A DNA stretch of 64,000 bases from Octopus bimaculoides (taxonomy: Eukaryota): positions 41,834,581 to 41,898,580 of the forward strand of contig NC_068984.1 of NCBI RefSeq assembly GCF_001194135.2. The letters are read 5' to 3'. The first letter of the stretch is position 1; every line of letters starts with the position of its first letter. The notes under the pieces are model-generated. The model was not told the DNA's origin. It saw nothing but the letters and a program-made list of their open reading frames with translations, and did no database searches. A program made the position numbers and the translations under genes. This document shows positions 42,799 through 57,890 of this stretch, in pieces.

Positions 42799-45135
42799 AT
42801 TCCAGAAGGAATAAAATGATGTAAAACAATGCAATCTTCTCATCAGGGAAAGAAAGAAACCAAACACATCAATAAGACATTTTAACAGAATGTGATGACT
42901 GCGTATATGATGAAGGGAATGCTAGCAAGTTTTTTTGTTTTTAAACCGTTAGTAGATATTACGTCAAAGGCAATTTATAGAAAGAGAAGGAGGAGAAAGA
43001 AAGAAATTAGCAGAAAACTAATAGTGGAGAAATATAAAGCGATAGGTGAATAAGAATAATGCTTAAAGGCATGGAAGTAAATATATTTAGTGGAAGTGAA
43101 ATGTAAGAAGACAGTCAAAGGTCGAATTTTATAGAATGGTAGAAATCACTCATAAGAACTAAAGGTATGTTTTTGCCGATGTTTGCAACGATAAACGCGT
43201 TCTATAAACGTGTTTACAAGAGGATTCTCTGAGAACAGGATGAAATACATTTCACTGTTACCAAGCAGACAAAAAAATCTAACTAAGCTATTCTTAATCC
43301 TTTGTAATTTTTGGTTAGAAGCATTTTGAAGGTAGAGTAGACAATCATCACGATATAGACCTCCATTGATGTTTGGGAATTGGTCAGCCATTTCATAAAG
43401 GATATATATATATATACCGACGAAATCAGCGATTTGTGCTGAACCAGAACTTCCCATCGTGACATCAAAACTGTCGGGTGTATCTTTCCGGACCCACAGC
43501 TTGTTATCGAATTTAATAATAGATTTTCTGGCGGCAAACACGACATTAATTTCATCCCTGGTAAGACCTGCTTTGTTGTGAGCGAGCCAGAGTGCCTTGT
43601 TGAGTACGATTAGGTTATAGAGGAATAGAAACTCGGAATATCAAACTGGATAAACTTTGTGCACTTCTTGTTATTAATAGAATTAAACCAGTCGACCACT
43701 TGGAACGAATTAGACCATAAATTAGGTTTTAATTTTTTAACTAAGGTAGGAATATATTTATTTAGAATATTTTTGCTAAGTACACCGATGTCGGAGCTAG
43801 AAGGACAAATAAGTCGTAAGGTTGGGTCATTAAAAAAAACTTGTTTGTGATCTTTTAAAATAAAACCAGGTTGTTTAGGATCAAGGGGTTCTGGTTTCGT
43901 CTGTAAGTCATATTTCTGCATAATTCTCTTAGCCTCAAGGTTGCCTTTCTTGATTGCCCTTTTACCGGTAATCCTATAATTCTTTTGTATTTCTTTTCTA
44001 AGCAATTCTAAGTAGTAATCCTTGGTAAGCCTGTATAAGTTGCCTGTTTTATCCGATTAAACCAGTATCCCATCCATGCTATGAATTTCTTTAGTGATAT
44101 TGTGAAGATACCGCAGATGTTTATTCCTTAAGAGTGAACGGTGGAATTTCACATTCCTCACGATAGACTAGAGATCGTCTTCAAACTGTTTCAATCTTGG
44201 GTTAGGTGGAGGATTGTTTTTAGATTTAAACAATTTTTTTGAATTCAGAAGCTGGATAGTTAGAGGGCTGTTTAATGCCTTCATTATCGAAGAAAAAGGT
44301 GAGCCATCTAATACGGTTAATAAAGGAGTTTGTCTTACTGATGAGTTGCTTAAGGAAAACCTTCCTTGGGGGAATGGGTATATCCTGAAGAGATGCATTT
44401 ATATCAAATAACTCTATACGTGGTAACTATTTTATTAGCTGGTTATATGGAAACCTGGTTGAAGTGTATATAAATGTATGTGTATTTTTTCAATGTTTGC
44501 AAATAACACAGAAAAAAAAAATAAATAGTTACCAGGGTGGCCAAAATTCACACTAATACCAAGGATGTAACAGCCTACTTATAAATGTAGAAACTCCAGG
44601 TTTAGCTGAAATGTTTTTGTATAATATAGATAAATAAATAAATGAAGTTAAACGCAGGTGTTATTCAAATCTTTTTACTTCCGACATATGTTTTGAATAA
44701 AACATTGGTATTATTCCAGAAGGAATAAAATGGTGAAAAACAATGCAATATTCTCATCAGGAAAAGAAAGAAACCAAACACACCAGTAAGACATTTTAAC
44801 AGAATGTGATGACTGCATATATGATGAAGGGAACGCTAGCAAGTTTATTTTTTAAACCTTCAGTAGATATAACGTCAAAAGTAGTTTATAGAAAGAGAAG
44901 GAGGAGAAAGAAAGAAATTAGCAAAAAACTAATAGTGGAGAGCTATAGAACGATATGTGAATAGGAATAATGCTTAAAGGCATCGAAGTAGATATATTTA
45001 GTGGAAGTGAAATGTAAGAAGACAGTCAAAGGTCGAATTTTATAGAATGGTAGAAACCACTTATAGGAACTAAAGGTATGTTTTTGCCGATGTTTGCAAC
45101 GATAAACGAGAATTCTCTGAGAATAGGATGAAATA
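42799..45135 (-). mobile_element. Penelope-like retroelement (Neptune/Naiad-type RT) between ~400-bp direct repeats (pLTRs)
   Basis: DKTGNLY, LKDHK..PTLRLICP, QFDIPSFYSSI, FDVTMGS, GGLYRDD motifs. Direct repeats ~42799-43260 and ~44713-45135 each begin with the ORF end (..RCKHRQK..). Frameshifted, endonuclease largely deleted. Confidence 0.85.
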
Positions 45136-45433
45136 CGTTTCATTGTTATATATATATAACAATAATGCTTGATTTTAGTACAAGAAGGTTTGTCAGGAGA
45201 GTATATGATTGACATTTTCTTTCATACAATTAGATTCCGTCTTTGTACTGGGGCTAACTAGATGCAAATTGAAAGACTAACTTCCAGTGTCTCTTATGAA
45301 TAGTCCAGCCTTTACTTAGTTGCCTGAATACGAAGTATAAGTGCAATCATCTGAATAAACAAATATGTCCAGTCTATCAAAATAATCTTTCTTCCTCCTT
45401 TCTGTAATGTATGAACGAGCATGAATATAATAT

Positions 45434-45465
<32 letters not shown>

Positions 45466-48136
45466 TGTATAAAGATGTATTATTACCTTTATTAATGATA
45501 TTAATAACGTAATGATAAGGTGGCTAGCAAGTTCACACCGTTACAGGCACAATATTTAAGCAAGTGGTATTATATACTCTACTGAATCTAAATTTAGCTT
45601 ATACACACACACACACACATGTATGCATAATATGTATGTATGTGTGTGTGTGTGTGTGTATTTGACGTAAACGTTTTAAAATTAATTTGAAAGCAACTAC
45701 TAACATTAACTGAAAAGGTTTTAATATAGCAGTACATTTTAAATATCTAACTAAACAGAAATTCAAGGCGACAGTACCTTCTGTAGTTTACTGCCCTGAC
45801 AAACTCTCTCATGAGTTTTTGTTGAAAATCCGAAGTCATAATCTGCGTTTTGTTCAAATAGAATATCACACACACACACACACACACACACACTGACATA
45901 CACATATGCACATACATACAGGCATACATACTTACATGAAAGAATGTATTGTAAATACACAAACGACCAGTAAAAAATATATAACGTATATTGAGGGCAT
46001 AAACAGACGGAAGACTGACATATAAGGTTCCTAATTCTTCATCAGTTATCAAATTCATACATACATACATACATACATACAATCATACATACATACATAA
46101 GTATACACACACACATGTATATATATGTATATAAGAAAATATATATGCAGATGCACATATATAAAGATATACATATATATTAATACACAGAAAAACACAT
46201 ATATATGGTGATACATACACATACAAACAAATATGCACATTTATACATACATAAGCATATTTACATTTATATATGTGTATGTGTGTGTTTGGTATAAAAA
46301 TTTGAAGAAAAATCATGAAAACAGGATAAAAAAAGTAAATAAACTCGATGTATTAGGCTGACGCTAAGGGAAACTGGAGGAGAACTTTAACGTTTCGTAC
46401 CTACGCTCTACTACGGAACGGATAGATGAGGTTAGAAAAATATAAATAATAAAGAACAAGCATATCTCTGTTAGGTGATCACCAAATGCTGAAATCATCG
46501 GAAGTGGAAGAGATGGGCTTAAGGTGTGGGTGGCAAAGCGAACAACAGTGATCTGGCAGGTACGTGTGTGTAGGAAGCTAATGCGTGTGTATGTGTGTGT
46601 GTGCGTGTGTATGTATATGTGCGTGTACATGCATGAAGCAATGTGTACGCCCATACTCTGTGTGTTTATGCATGTGTATATATGTGTATGGGTGTGTGTA
46701 TGTGTGATGCTTCTTCCAGTTTCCGTCTACCAAATTCACTCACGAGGCTTTGGTTGGCCCGAGGCTATAGTAGAAAACACTTGCCCACGGTGTCACGCAG
46801 TGGGACTGAACCCGAATCCATGTGGTTGGGAAGCAAGCTTCTTATCACACAATCACGCCTGTGCCTATATGTATGTGTATATATATATATTGTTGAATTT
46901 CGGGATGGTCAGTTCTTTTTCTTTTTGCCAAATAAACACGTGTTCTATATATTCGTTCTCCACTCATTTATTACTGTTCTTATTCTAACTTATGCCCATC
47001 GTCCGAAAATCTTTCGTCACACATCTGTGACCTCTTCAGCGACACTTTCCGTCCACGTGTTTATTTGGCAAAAAAAAAAGAAAAAATGACCATCCCGAGA
47101 TACAACAATATCTATTTCAACACACGCTTTCACACCAGGAATCTTGCAACACAATTTCATATATATATATATTTGTATCGATAGTTGAATATTGATTGAC
47201 TGGTGATTGTATAGTTAAAAAAGAACAAAATAAGTAAATAAAATAACTGATATTAATGATTAAATGAAAGACAAAAACAAATTTCTTACCGTTGTTTCAT
47301 TCCAGTGTGAATGTGTTTTGCTTGTATTCTCTAGTGGTTGGCACTTGTGGATGTATAATAAAAATAAAGTAAAATAACAATGGACTGTTTCTCAGATATC
47401 AACTAGTGAACGTCATGTGTGACAAACTGGTGTCTGGTATGTTTATAAACATTTTGAGTATAATCCCAAGCTGTTCACAAGAGACAGAATTGCAGGTGTG
47501 GTGGTTTTTCAATAAATACGTATCTATGTGTGCGTGCGTGCGTGTGTATGTGTGGTGTATGCGTGTATGGTATGAAAATTTAAATACTAGCAGCTGGAGA
47601 TATTCGCATTTGATCAATAGAAATAATTAAATGGAGTGATGGACAACGTTGATCACACATCCGTTATTGTCCTAGTTATCGTCGTCGTAGTGGTGATCAT
47701 CATCATTACCATCATTATCTATCTTTGTTCAACTTGAAGGTGTTGGATTTCCTCACGCCCCCGCCAACAATTTTGATGAATATTTATTTTATAATCAGTA
47801 TAACTTAATTATTCATGTCTGTTTCTCTATCCAGACCTAACAAACGTTAAATAACCACAAACCCTAATTATTTGAGTCTGCTGTTTGCATGAAACCAGTG
47901 GTAGTCTGTATATCTTTTATCTTTTACATGTTTTACTCATTGGACTGCTGCCAGGCTGGGGCATCGCCTTTAAGGGTTTAGTCGAACAAATCAACCCCAG
48001 TAATTATTTTTAAGTCTAGTACTTATCCCATCGACTTCTCTTGCTGAACCACTAGGTTACAGAGGCGTAAACAAACCAACGCTGATCTACAAATAGTGAA
48101 GGAGGAAAGACACAACATAAACACATACATACATAC

Positions 48137-48167
<31 letters not shown>

Positions 48168-48429
48168 CATACGTACATACATACATATATACGTACGTAC
48201 GTACATATAAACAAACAAACGCCTCAGCGACAATCTGGATAAACTAGAGTTTTCAGTAAAAAACAAAAATCAACCAACTCGCACTTTACAAATACAATCT
48301 GTAAGTGAAACAGTAAAAATATGCAAGACTTACATCAAGTTTAAAATGTGACATTGTTTTTGTTATCTACATTCCAACGACAGAGCTTTGTATCTTTGTT
48401 AGAAACCAGCTCCTTTTTTTTTTTGGTCG

Positions 48430-49660
48430 GGGGGAGGAAAAATTCAAATATAATGGATCTATAAATAAGGAGTGGACCAGGAATGAATACCTCAAGAGAA
48501 TATGGTCATCGGAACTCTCAACTTACAACAAGTATATTGTCTTACAACATCTTTACAGTACCCATCCTCACACCTACGTCTGGCCTTCTGAACTGGTCAC
48601 TCTAAGAACTCAATGAGAGATGTTCGAACTTGCAAGCTGTTCAGGACACAGGAAATTTCAACATCAATGGAGATACTGACAGGCTATACTTCTCACGCAA
48701 GAATGGTGACTGTGATCTCAAATCTGTATTGATGCAATATAAAGCACGTATTGTGGCACTGAAACAACATTCTGCAGCAGAGGAAAGCAACTAGTAACTA
48801 AGCTGCCCAAGTTTGTGACCACAAAATTAACAACATAATTAGGATAGCTAATGAACTTGAGGTAAGGTATGAAATAAGAACAGATACAGATCTCTCCTCA
48901 CTGGACTAGTTCGTTAATAAGATAGTACATGAGTAGCTGATACGAAAAACACAAACAACAGTAGGGATTGATCATGTCAGAAGTTTGGTTTAGAGTACCG
49001 ACATGTTTTTAACATCCCACTTCGAAGGCCACCAGCGCGCAATTCAAGGAAAAGAGATCCCTACCAAATGCCTACAATATAAAAGACAGAAAACGTTGAC
49101 AGAAAACAAATGTAGGTTGTGCAAGACTAAGATTGAAGACATCAACTGCAAAAGAATGTCTTCCAGATATTATCTTCTCATGCGGGATGATGCAGTGGTC
49201 AGAAGAGTCTGGAACAGGATAACTAAAAAAAAAAATTTTTTTTTTAAATCTACAGTCGATGTTTACTATATTGAAACGAAAGGGTTAAAAGAATATTGGT
49301 AGAATTTAAAAATTGAAACAGCCCCCAAGTTAAAACACAACCGGTAAGATATTGTTGTGGGACAAAATAGAAAAGTTGTTCTCTTGTGGAAATCAGCTGC
49401 CTCTGGACATCAATTTGGGCAGAAAAATACGTGAGAAAGAGGACATCTATGGGCCATTAATAAGGAGTTTGAAAATCCAGTACCCAACATACACGTTCAG
49501 CTTCATGTCTATAATTATTGGAGCAACAAGATATATACCAATCTGTCTGGAGCAAAGTATGACTGAACTTCGAATCTTCGGGAAAGAATGCAAATCCTTA
49601 ATTCATACACTACAAATGATCACGATATCTGGAACTATAAAAACCTGCAAAACCTTAAGC
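48430..49660 (+). mobile_element. Decayed REL-endonuclease LINE 3' part (R4/Dong/NeSL-like)
   Basis: CRLCKTKIEDI..C..YLLMRDDAV (CCHC knuckle), KHNR-DIVLWD, EK..IYGPLIRSL..YP..IIIGA (restriction-like endonuclease). Confidence 0.75.
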
Positions 49661-50363
49661 TTTAAAGGATGCTTTCCTTCACAACCTTGCAACCAAGTTG
49701 GTGGCCGGTCAAAATTTATTGAAAATTAAAAAGAGAACACACACACACACACAGAGGCTTGTCTAAGTTTCCGTCTATGATATTCATTCTGGTCCGACAA
49801 AGCTTTGGTCGGCCCAGGACTGCATTAGAAGATAGTTGCTAAAGGCGCCGCACAGTGAGACTGAACCCAAGATCACGAAGTTGGGAAGCAAGCTTCTTAC
49901 TCACACACACATACCTGCGCCCGTGTATGTATTCTTATGTTTTTAGGCGTTATAAAGTAGACACACCAGCGGACACATGAGTATATAGTACAACACAGTT
50001 AGTCGTCATACGCGAGCTTGGTAACATACACCATACTTTTATTAATTGTTTTAGATGTCATTGAGGTCGCGAGCAGGCACAACCACCCTCTTGGCATTCT
50101 CACTTCGACCCAATAGAAGATTGCGAATGTGACAGATGGTGGGAAAGAAGGTTGCATAAACAGCTGGTACTCCTTTCCACCTAAATCGAGTGAAATGAAA
50201 TACTCGAGGATACAATGCGCCGCCGGTCCAGGCAACGAACCCATGTTTCATATGATCGCGAGCTCAACAACTACACTACGCACCTTTACACACGCACACA
50301 CACACACACGCGCGCGCGTGCACACACACACATGCGAAGCCACACCTACGCGCGCGCGTGCGA

Positions 50364-50399
<36 letters not shown>

Positions 50400-51479
50400 T
50401 CTATAATTATAAACATAATTATAATTAGGGTTCAGCAAATTGTTTCACCACAGACCGATATATTTAAATAGTAGTTAAATACTATTCCTCTACCATAAGA
50501 TATCTCCCAGACAGCAATACTCTCAATTCACGTAGGTAAAGAGAAAAATAACGAATCCACTCGGTTTTGATCAACTACATACGCGTTTCTGGATTAAAGA
50601 GGTGTAACATTTTATTTTTACTCACTTATTTCCGTCTTCAGTGTAGTATTTCAATTGTAAATTTGAGAGTACTAATAATTAAATACGTATTCGACCAAGC
50701 GACATCGAATAGCTAATATCCCAAAACCAGCACTTCCGAATTTATACAGACGAGTGAGAACTCGCGTTCTTCCCCAGTCACCCACGTGTGTTACGAGTAA
50801 TCCCGCAGAAACTGCAGTTTACTATCAGGGAGTGAATTATATTTTCAATATTTACCCTTTATTATTATTATTATTATAAATATATATATATATATAAACT
50901 TACTTGGAAATGGAAATAAATTCCCTTTTCTCCCCTTCACCGTTTTCTCTCACTCTCCCTCTCCTCTTTTTCTCTCTCTCATTGCTCACACGAGACCATC
51001 GTCCATCTTTCTTTCCGTCACGTGACCATCTTTCTTTTCCTGCACGGACGTTCTAAGGACTGTACGTTTTCTATCTCTCTCTTCTATCTTTTCTCTTTTC
51101 AAAGAAAATATTTCTCCCAGCGTTCACTACCTTTCCCCTCATTCTGTTCTAACGACCCTCCATGTTTGTTTTCGTTCAGTTTCCTTGTATGCCTCCACTG
51201 TTCTGTTTTTGTTCCCAACTTTAATCCTCCATAAAATCCAAAATTTATTTTGGAAATTATGGGAGCAACTGTCTTCGAAGACTCATATTGTTGTTGAATG
51301 CTCGAAATGAGGAGTAGATAAATAGACAGCCGACAACTGATGAAGGGTCGTTCTTTGTGATACTTGTCCTGTTTCAATTTTTTTCTCGTATTTAACTCGC
51401 TTGTTTTCTAATTCATGTTGTTTACAGTTGGTGACGTCCGTACCCATATATGCATATATATATATATATATAATTAAAC

Positions 51480-52740
51480 ATTGTGTAACATTAAAAGTTA
51501 CATTAAAGAGGATTTGGACATATTAAACCGCCTCCCAAAAAAGAGTAAAGGAAAAAGAACGTATGGTCTCCTTTGATGTTGTAGACCTGTATACTAATAT
51601 CTCCTATTATTATGGATTAGAAGCAATTCAGTTCTAGCTGGAAATATATATAGTGTCGGAAAAAAAACACCAGAGAACTCAGACTACAAGAACTTAAAAA
51701 TATACTCGTCGACAGACACTACCCAACTTCGCTTATAGATGATGGGATTAAACTTACGAAAAGAATTAATGTACATATACTAAGAGAGGTCAAGCAAAAC
51801 ACACCCACTATAAAAATATTACCTTATATTTCCACATACAACCCCAGAAACAACGAAGTATATAACACTATTATCCAAAACTTTCCAATGCTACATAAGG
51901 ATCCTAAGCTGTATGAAATTCTACGCACCCATAAAATTATTAAAAGCAACAAACAACCAAAACCACTAAAGCAGATACTCACAAGTGCAAAACTATACTC
52001 GAAAATAACGGAAGCAAGAGTTAAAAAATGTGGACGACCGAACTGTGGAACACATCCCAACCTAATAGAAGGCTCAGAATTCCATTTTAAACAAGGACAA
52101 AAATTTTAAATTAAAACTGACTTCACTTGCGCCTCTGAAACTTTTTTCTACGTCATAACATGTTCCTGCTGCAGTAGGAACTATATAGGTTCAACAGGAA
52201 TTTCTCGAAGACGTAGGTCTACACTACACAGGCAACAAATATACCCCGCCCTCAATACCGTCAAATACCACTCAGTGGTCATATAAACAGATGTGCTAAG
52301 GAAGGCCATCCACAGTTCACAATATTCCCACTTCACCTATGCACGGAGAAGACCTCAACTCCGCTATGACTAAATAAAGTACGACTACATTTATTCAAAA
52401 ATACAAACCAGCACTTACCATGAACATATAATGGACTTCACAAATAAAAAAAACCCAACCAGAACAGGAGAAAAATGATTTACCCCCTCTTAGCTAAGAA
52501 ATATATCCACTGATTATCCCTTTGGCTAAAGTCCATTATATTCACTGATTATCCCCCTTGAACTATATTCTCCCGTATAGCTGCAAAACTGTATCATACC
52601 TGCTTCTACGCAAGATTAAATCAAGAACTTGTTATGATTTCATAACATTATGTCATGATTAATGAAGCGAAACCGGTGGACTCTGTACATATTGTAATGT
52701 ATTAAATAATCTTTATCTGTGCTTTTTCACCTTATGTATG
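51480..52740 (+). mobile_element. Internally deleted Penelope-like element (RT fragment plus GIY-YIG endonuclease)
   Basis: MVSFDVVDLYTNI..YGLEAI; KQPKPLKQILT..KKCGRPNCGT..FTCASE..YVITCSCCSRNYIGST; frameshifts present. Confidence 0.82.
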
Positions 52741-54882
52741 TATGTATGTATATTATATGTGGTGAGCAGTTTTTCTTTTAAGCATGTCATATTGAAAACA
52801 CGACTATGCCCTAAATTAAATCCTTTTTTAAATTAAAGATTACTTGTATCTCCATATCAGGCCCGTATAGCTCATTTACAACAATGAAGTACCCAAATTC
52901 ATATTTTTCATCATTTCCAGGCTTACCTTCAGGATTTGGCTTCTGTGCTGTCCTTTCTTTTAAGGGCAACTTATATCTATATAGATTTTCCCACGACAAC
53001 TTGATCATCAGTGTTTAGCAGAGTGTTTATTGTTTAGTGTTTTGCTTCATCAGATTTGCAATTGTGACATTTGTGTGCTGTTTTGTTAAGTGCAGCCTGT
53101 TGTTGCATAAGCAATCTGCTATGCATGTGGAATTTCTAGAGGATATGGATGTATACGTACGTATGTATGGATGTATACATATGTACGTATATATTTGGAT
53201 GTAAACGTACGTACGTGTGCACACATGCATATGTATGTATGTATACGTACGTACATATGTATGTATGTATGTATGTAATGCTTTCTTATTCCACCCACAA
53301 AATCCTTCCATAGTCCAATTAGAATTAGAGTTTGGGTAAGGGTTCGTACATTACGGTACTTCCACATCTGTACACACATAAATAATGCTAAAAAAAAAAG
53401 GATAAAGCTCCATACCAAGTCATATAGATTCAAAAAGCCAGTTTCCCGGTTTCTCTGGTGTATATATTCCCCATTGGGCGGGACGCAGCAGGGTTTTTAT
53501 TGTTAGCTGAGTGAACTGCAACAACGTGAAATGGGGTGTTTCGCTCAAGAACACAATGCATTGCTCGGTCTAGTAATGGAAATCACAATCTTATAACCAT
53601 GAGTTCAACAACCTAACCATTAAGCCACGAGCCGGCACACTCACATATATAGACTACACTAAAATAAATACCGGCGATCCTCTCTCTTATTCTCGCTTCC
53701 AGACATTGTTATATCCCAATACTTGCATATACATACTCATTCCTTTCTCTTTTCTTAGCTCATCTCTAGTTTCTAACCATTTGCACAGTACTTCTATGTA
53801 CAGCTGCCCTTTTTACACATATCACATGCTCACACCACCATAGTTATTTTGTCTTGTATAGAACATCTTATTCTCAGCAATATAAAACATATGTCACGTC
53901 ACTGTGAAAATATGCATGGATTGCAGCAAAACATCTTTGTAATCTTCAGAAAGAAAAACATCAAAAAGTGTTGTGCAAAGAAAGCTCACTAACACAATGA
54001 ATAGGTCCAATATTATTGGTGCTTTAGTAAATATATACATTCAGTTGATCATTAATTAAACCGAATACAAGAATAATTGAATTTAAATAGATAATTAATC
54101 CAACGACAAAGTTGAGCACGTTAATGACAAGCTGAATATAATCAAAATTGTAATTAAACAGAAATGAATATTATAAATTAATTGCTGTGTGAATAACGAA
54201 TTAATTAACAAGTCAATTAATGATTAAATACAGCATGTATCAATAAATGTATGGCAATACATGATGTAAAGAATTTCAGACAAATGCACATCTGATAGAG
54301 AAGGGAAAATATGAGAAGAAAAAGAGACATAAATCTGCAAACAGAAAATGGAAGCCTAATTGTGAATGCTTTGGGAAAAAATTAAGCAGTATAAATATTA
54401 CAAAACATATCGACCCATAGATGAATATAATAAAAAAATGTATGAGAATGGTTGAAATCACATGGGATTAGAGACCTTGTAAATAACATTGATTTTTTTT
54501 TTTTGTATAGAAACACAAATTTATTGATCCCAATTCTTCACGGGTACTTTATTCTATTGACTCTAGAAGGATGAAAGACAGAGTTAACTTGGATGAGATT
54601 TAAAATTTGAAACCAAACGGGATGTAATTAAATATCACAAAGACCACCCATCTCAAATGATAATAACTGCGTAAATGGTAATGACATGAATAGTTTAATT
54701 TGGATGATTAGAAAAGGAAATTTGCGAATTAGTTTTAATGTCAAAAGAATATACTTAATTAATTTAATTCTTTTTAACTCTCAAAGTTCCATAAGTTACG
54801 AGGTACATTCCAGAAGTTTTGAGAATTTTGTGAGGAGACGTAGTTATAGCTGTCCTAAATTATTGTAATTTTAGCATATCAT

Positions 54883-55160
54883 TACCTGGATCTAGCCAGA
54901 GAGCTGAGGAGACTGTGAGAGACCAAGGCAACAATTATTCCTGTGGTAAGTGGTAAACTTGGTACAAGACCCAAAATGCTACCTAAAAGACTGAAAGACA
55001 TTGGAATTGAAACTCGCATTGTCGACCTGCAGGAAAGTATCATCCTGTATTCTGCAAGAATCCTAAGAAAGATCCTTGAGATTTGAGGAAATTTAACACA
55101 AAGCCTCAAGATAAAATTACCTGCTAACTAATTTAGCATGCACTAGAATAATAATAATAA
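54883..55160 (+). mobile_element. REL-type LINE extreme 3' end with (ATA)n tail
   Basis: YLDLARELRRL*ETKATIIPVVSGKLG..LQESIILYSARILRKILEI*. Confidence 0.75.
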
Positions 55161-55479
55161 TATTCTGCAGCATATTTGTTATGTAGACTGCTGTAAGATA
55201 TGTTCTAGTGTGTAAATTCTTAAGGTATTGAAGTGAATCTTCAGGTAATTTGCAGTATTAACAATGTAATGTATAATTAAAGGTGCATAAAGAAAAATCA
55301 CTAGTCTGCAAACAGACATTAATAGTGTAGTGCACAAGTTAACAAGCAAATTTATTATTGTAAATATGTCGTGATGAATATGTATATCCAATTATGTATG
55401 CAAACATGTAACCTCCTACCTAATTATTTATATACATATACAACTGAGACTTCCGCAATGCTTTACTGAGTCACCGGTT

Positions 55480-56077
55480 TGCTGAACAACCTGCATAGAC
55501 GATTTTTTTTTCTAGTGATCCAAAAAGTGAAAACTATAAAGACCTTGTTACCAACTCGATATCAACTTTTCGTGATATTGGCACAAATATGAGCATCAAA
55601 ATGCATTATCCTTTTAGTCATCTTGATCGTTTTCTTGAAAATCTCAGAGAAGATAGCGATGAACAAGGTGAATGATTCCGTCAGGACATCTAGATGGAAA
55701 CTTGGTACCAAGAATGTCGGGATGTGGTAACGATGGCAGACTATTGCTGGTGTTTAAAACGAGATACTCCTGTTGCTCAACATTCATGGTACACAATGAA
55801 GCATAAATTTATTCCTTGAATTTTCTGCTAAAAATCTTTGCCAATGTGCATTTTCAATTTTGAATTTTTATTTGTACTTTGTTTTGCTTTGTGTTATGCT
55901 CTCTTTATTGATTTAGGTTATATGCCTCTTGTATGAATAAACTACTTACTCTATCAGAAAACTAGACTTGATAGAGAAAAACTGAAGTTATTTTTGAATT
56001 TGGCAGGCACAATCACTTAAGAATCCATTGAAATATTCCAGGCACCAGACAAAAAAAAATTTTTTTGCTGCCCAGTG
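55480..56077 (+). mobile_element. DNA transposon 3' remnant (Chapaev3/CMC-like)
   Basis: NMSIKMHY..SHLDRFLENL..SDEQGE*FRQDI*ME..YQ..MADYCWCLKRD; terminus ..GCTGCCCAGTG. Superfamily assignment is from memory. Confidence 0.6.
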
Positions 56078-57214
56078 TTATAAATGGATGATAATCCCAA
56101 GAGAAAAGTCTCCACCAGAGACTTGTGTAAATACACATTTTACTTTGAGCAACATTAATTATTCAATTCCAGCTTAACTAAGTGATTCACACACCAGCAA
56201 GTGGCCCACTTGGCACTGTGCATTTGTCACTGTTTTCATAAGTATAACCCTATATATATATCATGTTGTGAGTAACTTTAGTTTCTGAAGCTGACAAAGC
56301 AGAATGATGCTGAAACACATGTGCCCTACAATCCAATGACATGACTCACGACTCAAAAGAAAATGTGTTTACACAATTCTAGGTGGAGAATTTTCTGCCA
56401 GGACTATTCTTGCAGTAATAAGTTTTATCACGTCTGATTACACATGAATGTGTTAACCATGAATTCCTATGACTATATATAAATGCATGAGAGTGTGTGT
56501 GTGTACCCTTGTTTTGACAACATGTGTAAATGAGCATTACCATTATATAAATGATGTTGTTCGTTTCCAGTTCTTCCATGGGGAAATATTACCTTACTTG
56601 GAAACTGGTGAGGGCTAGTAATAGGAAGGGATTCTAACAACAGAAAACTTGCATCAACAAATTCCCTCTGAAGCATCCAACTATGGAAAAGTAGATGCCA
56701 AACAATGATGATGATGATGATGATGATGATATGTACACACATTCACATAGGTATACATTTGAAGGTGGCGAGCTGGCAGAAACATTAGCACACTGGGTGA
56801 AATGCTTAATGGCATTTCGTCTGTCTTTAAGTTCTGACTTGAAATTTCACCAAGATTGATTTTGCCTTTCATCCTTTCGGGGTCGATAAATTAAGTACCA
56901 GTTGTGTACTGGGTCGATTTAAGCAATTGGCCCCCTCACCCAAAATTTCGGGCCTTGTGCCTAAAGTAGAAAAGAAATAGGCATACATATGGATAGAAGA
57001 AAGTGTAGAGAGTATGATCAAAGTTGATAGTTTACTCTGAGCCTACAGTGTGCATCATCAGCTTTGAACAAATACATACTATCACATGTATTGTAATATT
57101 AAAGACAAACTGTGAATTCGCATGTATATGTGTATGAGTACATAAATACGCACACAAACACACATGCAAATGAGCATGCACTTATTCATTCACACACACA
57201 CACACACACATACA

Positions 57215-57890
57215 TACAATATGCTTGAGGATAGCTGTGTGAAAAAGTGCCACACCCTAGCGGTTGAGGGAACCTGTGGTAGAGGTAGACCCAGGAAGAC
57301 CTGGGATGAGGTGGTGAAGCATGACCTTCGAACACTAGGCCTCACTGAGGTAATGATTAGTGACTGAGACCTTTGGAAATATGAGGTGTGTGAGAAGACC
57401 TGGCAAGCCAAGTGAGACCATAACCCGTGGCTTTTGCCAGGGGTGTAACCAGCCCACTTATGCATACCTTTCCTTCATTGGACACTAAACTCTGCTTGCG
57501 ACGACCTGTTGAGGCAAGTGAAATCGAAATTGAATCAAATTCGCAAATTTGATGACTGGCACCTGTGCCAGTGGAGTGCTAAGAGCACCATCCGAGCATG
57601 ATTGTTGCCAGAGCAGCTGACTGGCTTCCGTGCCGGTGGCATGTAAAAAGCACCATTCATGCGAGGTTGTTGCCAGTGCCACGTAAAAAACACCATTTGA
57701 GCGTGGCCATTGTCAGTACTGCCTAACTAGCCCTTGTGCTGGTGGCACGTAAAAGCACCCACTACACTCTCAGAGTGGTTGGCATTAGGAAGGGCATCCA
57801 GCTGTAGAAACTTTGCCAGATTAGATTAGAGCCTGGTGCAGCCATCTGATTTGCCAGTCCTCAGTCAAATCGTTCAACCCATGCTAGCAT
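57215..57890 (+). mobile_element. RTE-class LINE 3' end (ORF2 end plus 3' UTR)
   Basis: EDSCVKKCHTLAVEGTCGRGRPRKTWDEVVKHDLRTLGLTE followed by a UTR whose fragments recur at 60250-60540. Confidence 0.82.

Noticed and set aside
47290-47420. Strong minus-strand GTAAG donor as the SLCO first coding exon
   Set aside because: No OATP-like peptide in the required phase; could be a 5' UTR exon (as could donors near 50613 and 50903) but this cannot be supported from sequence alone.
54280-54470. Plus-strand AG/GT-bounded segment with lysine-rich frames
   Set aside because: All three frames contain stops and no family is recognisable.
56291-56325. Further hammerhead-like remnants here and near 46390-46420 (minus) and 52655-52680
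   Set aside because: Core or cleavage-site nucleotides and stem I are broken (e.g. CTGACAA, GTG site); counted only as decayed PLE debris.
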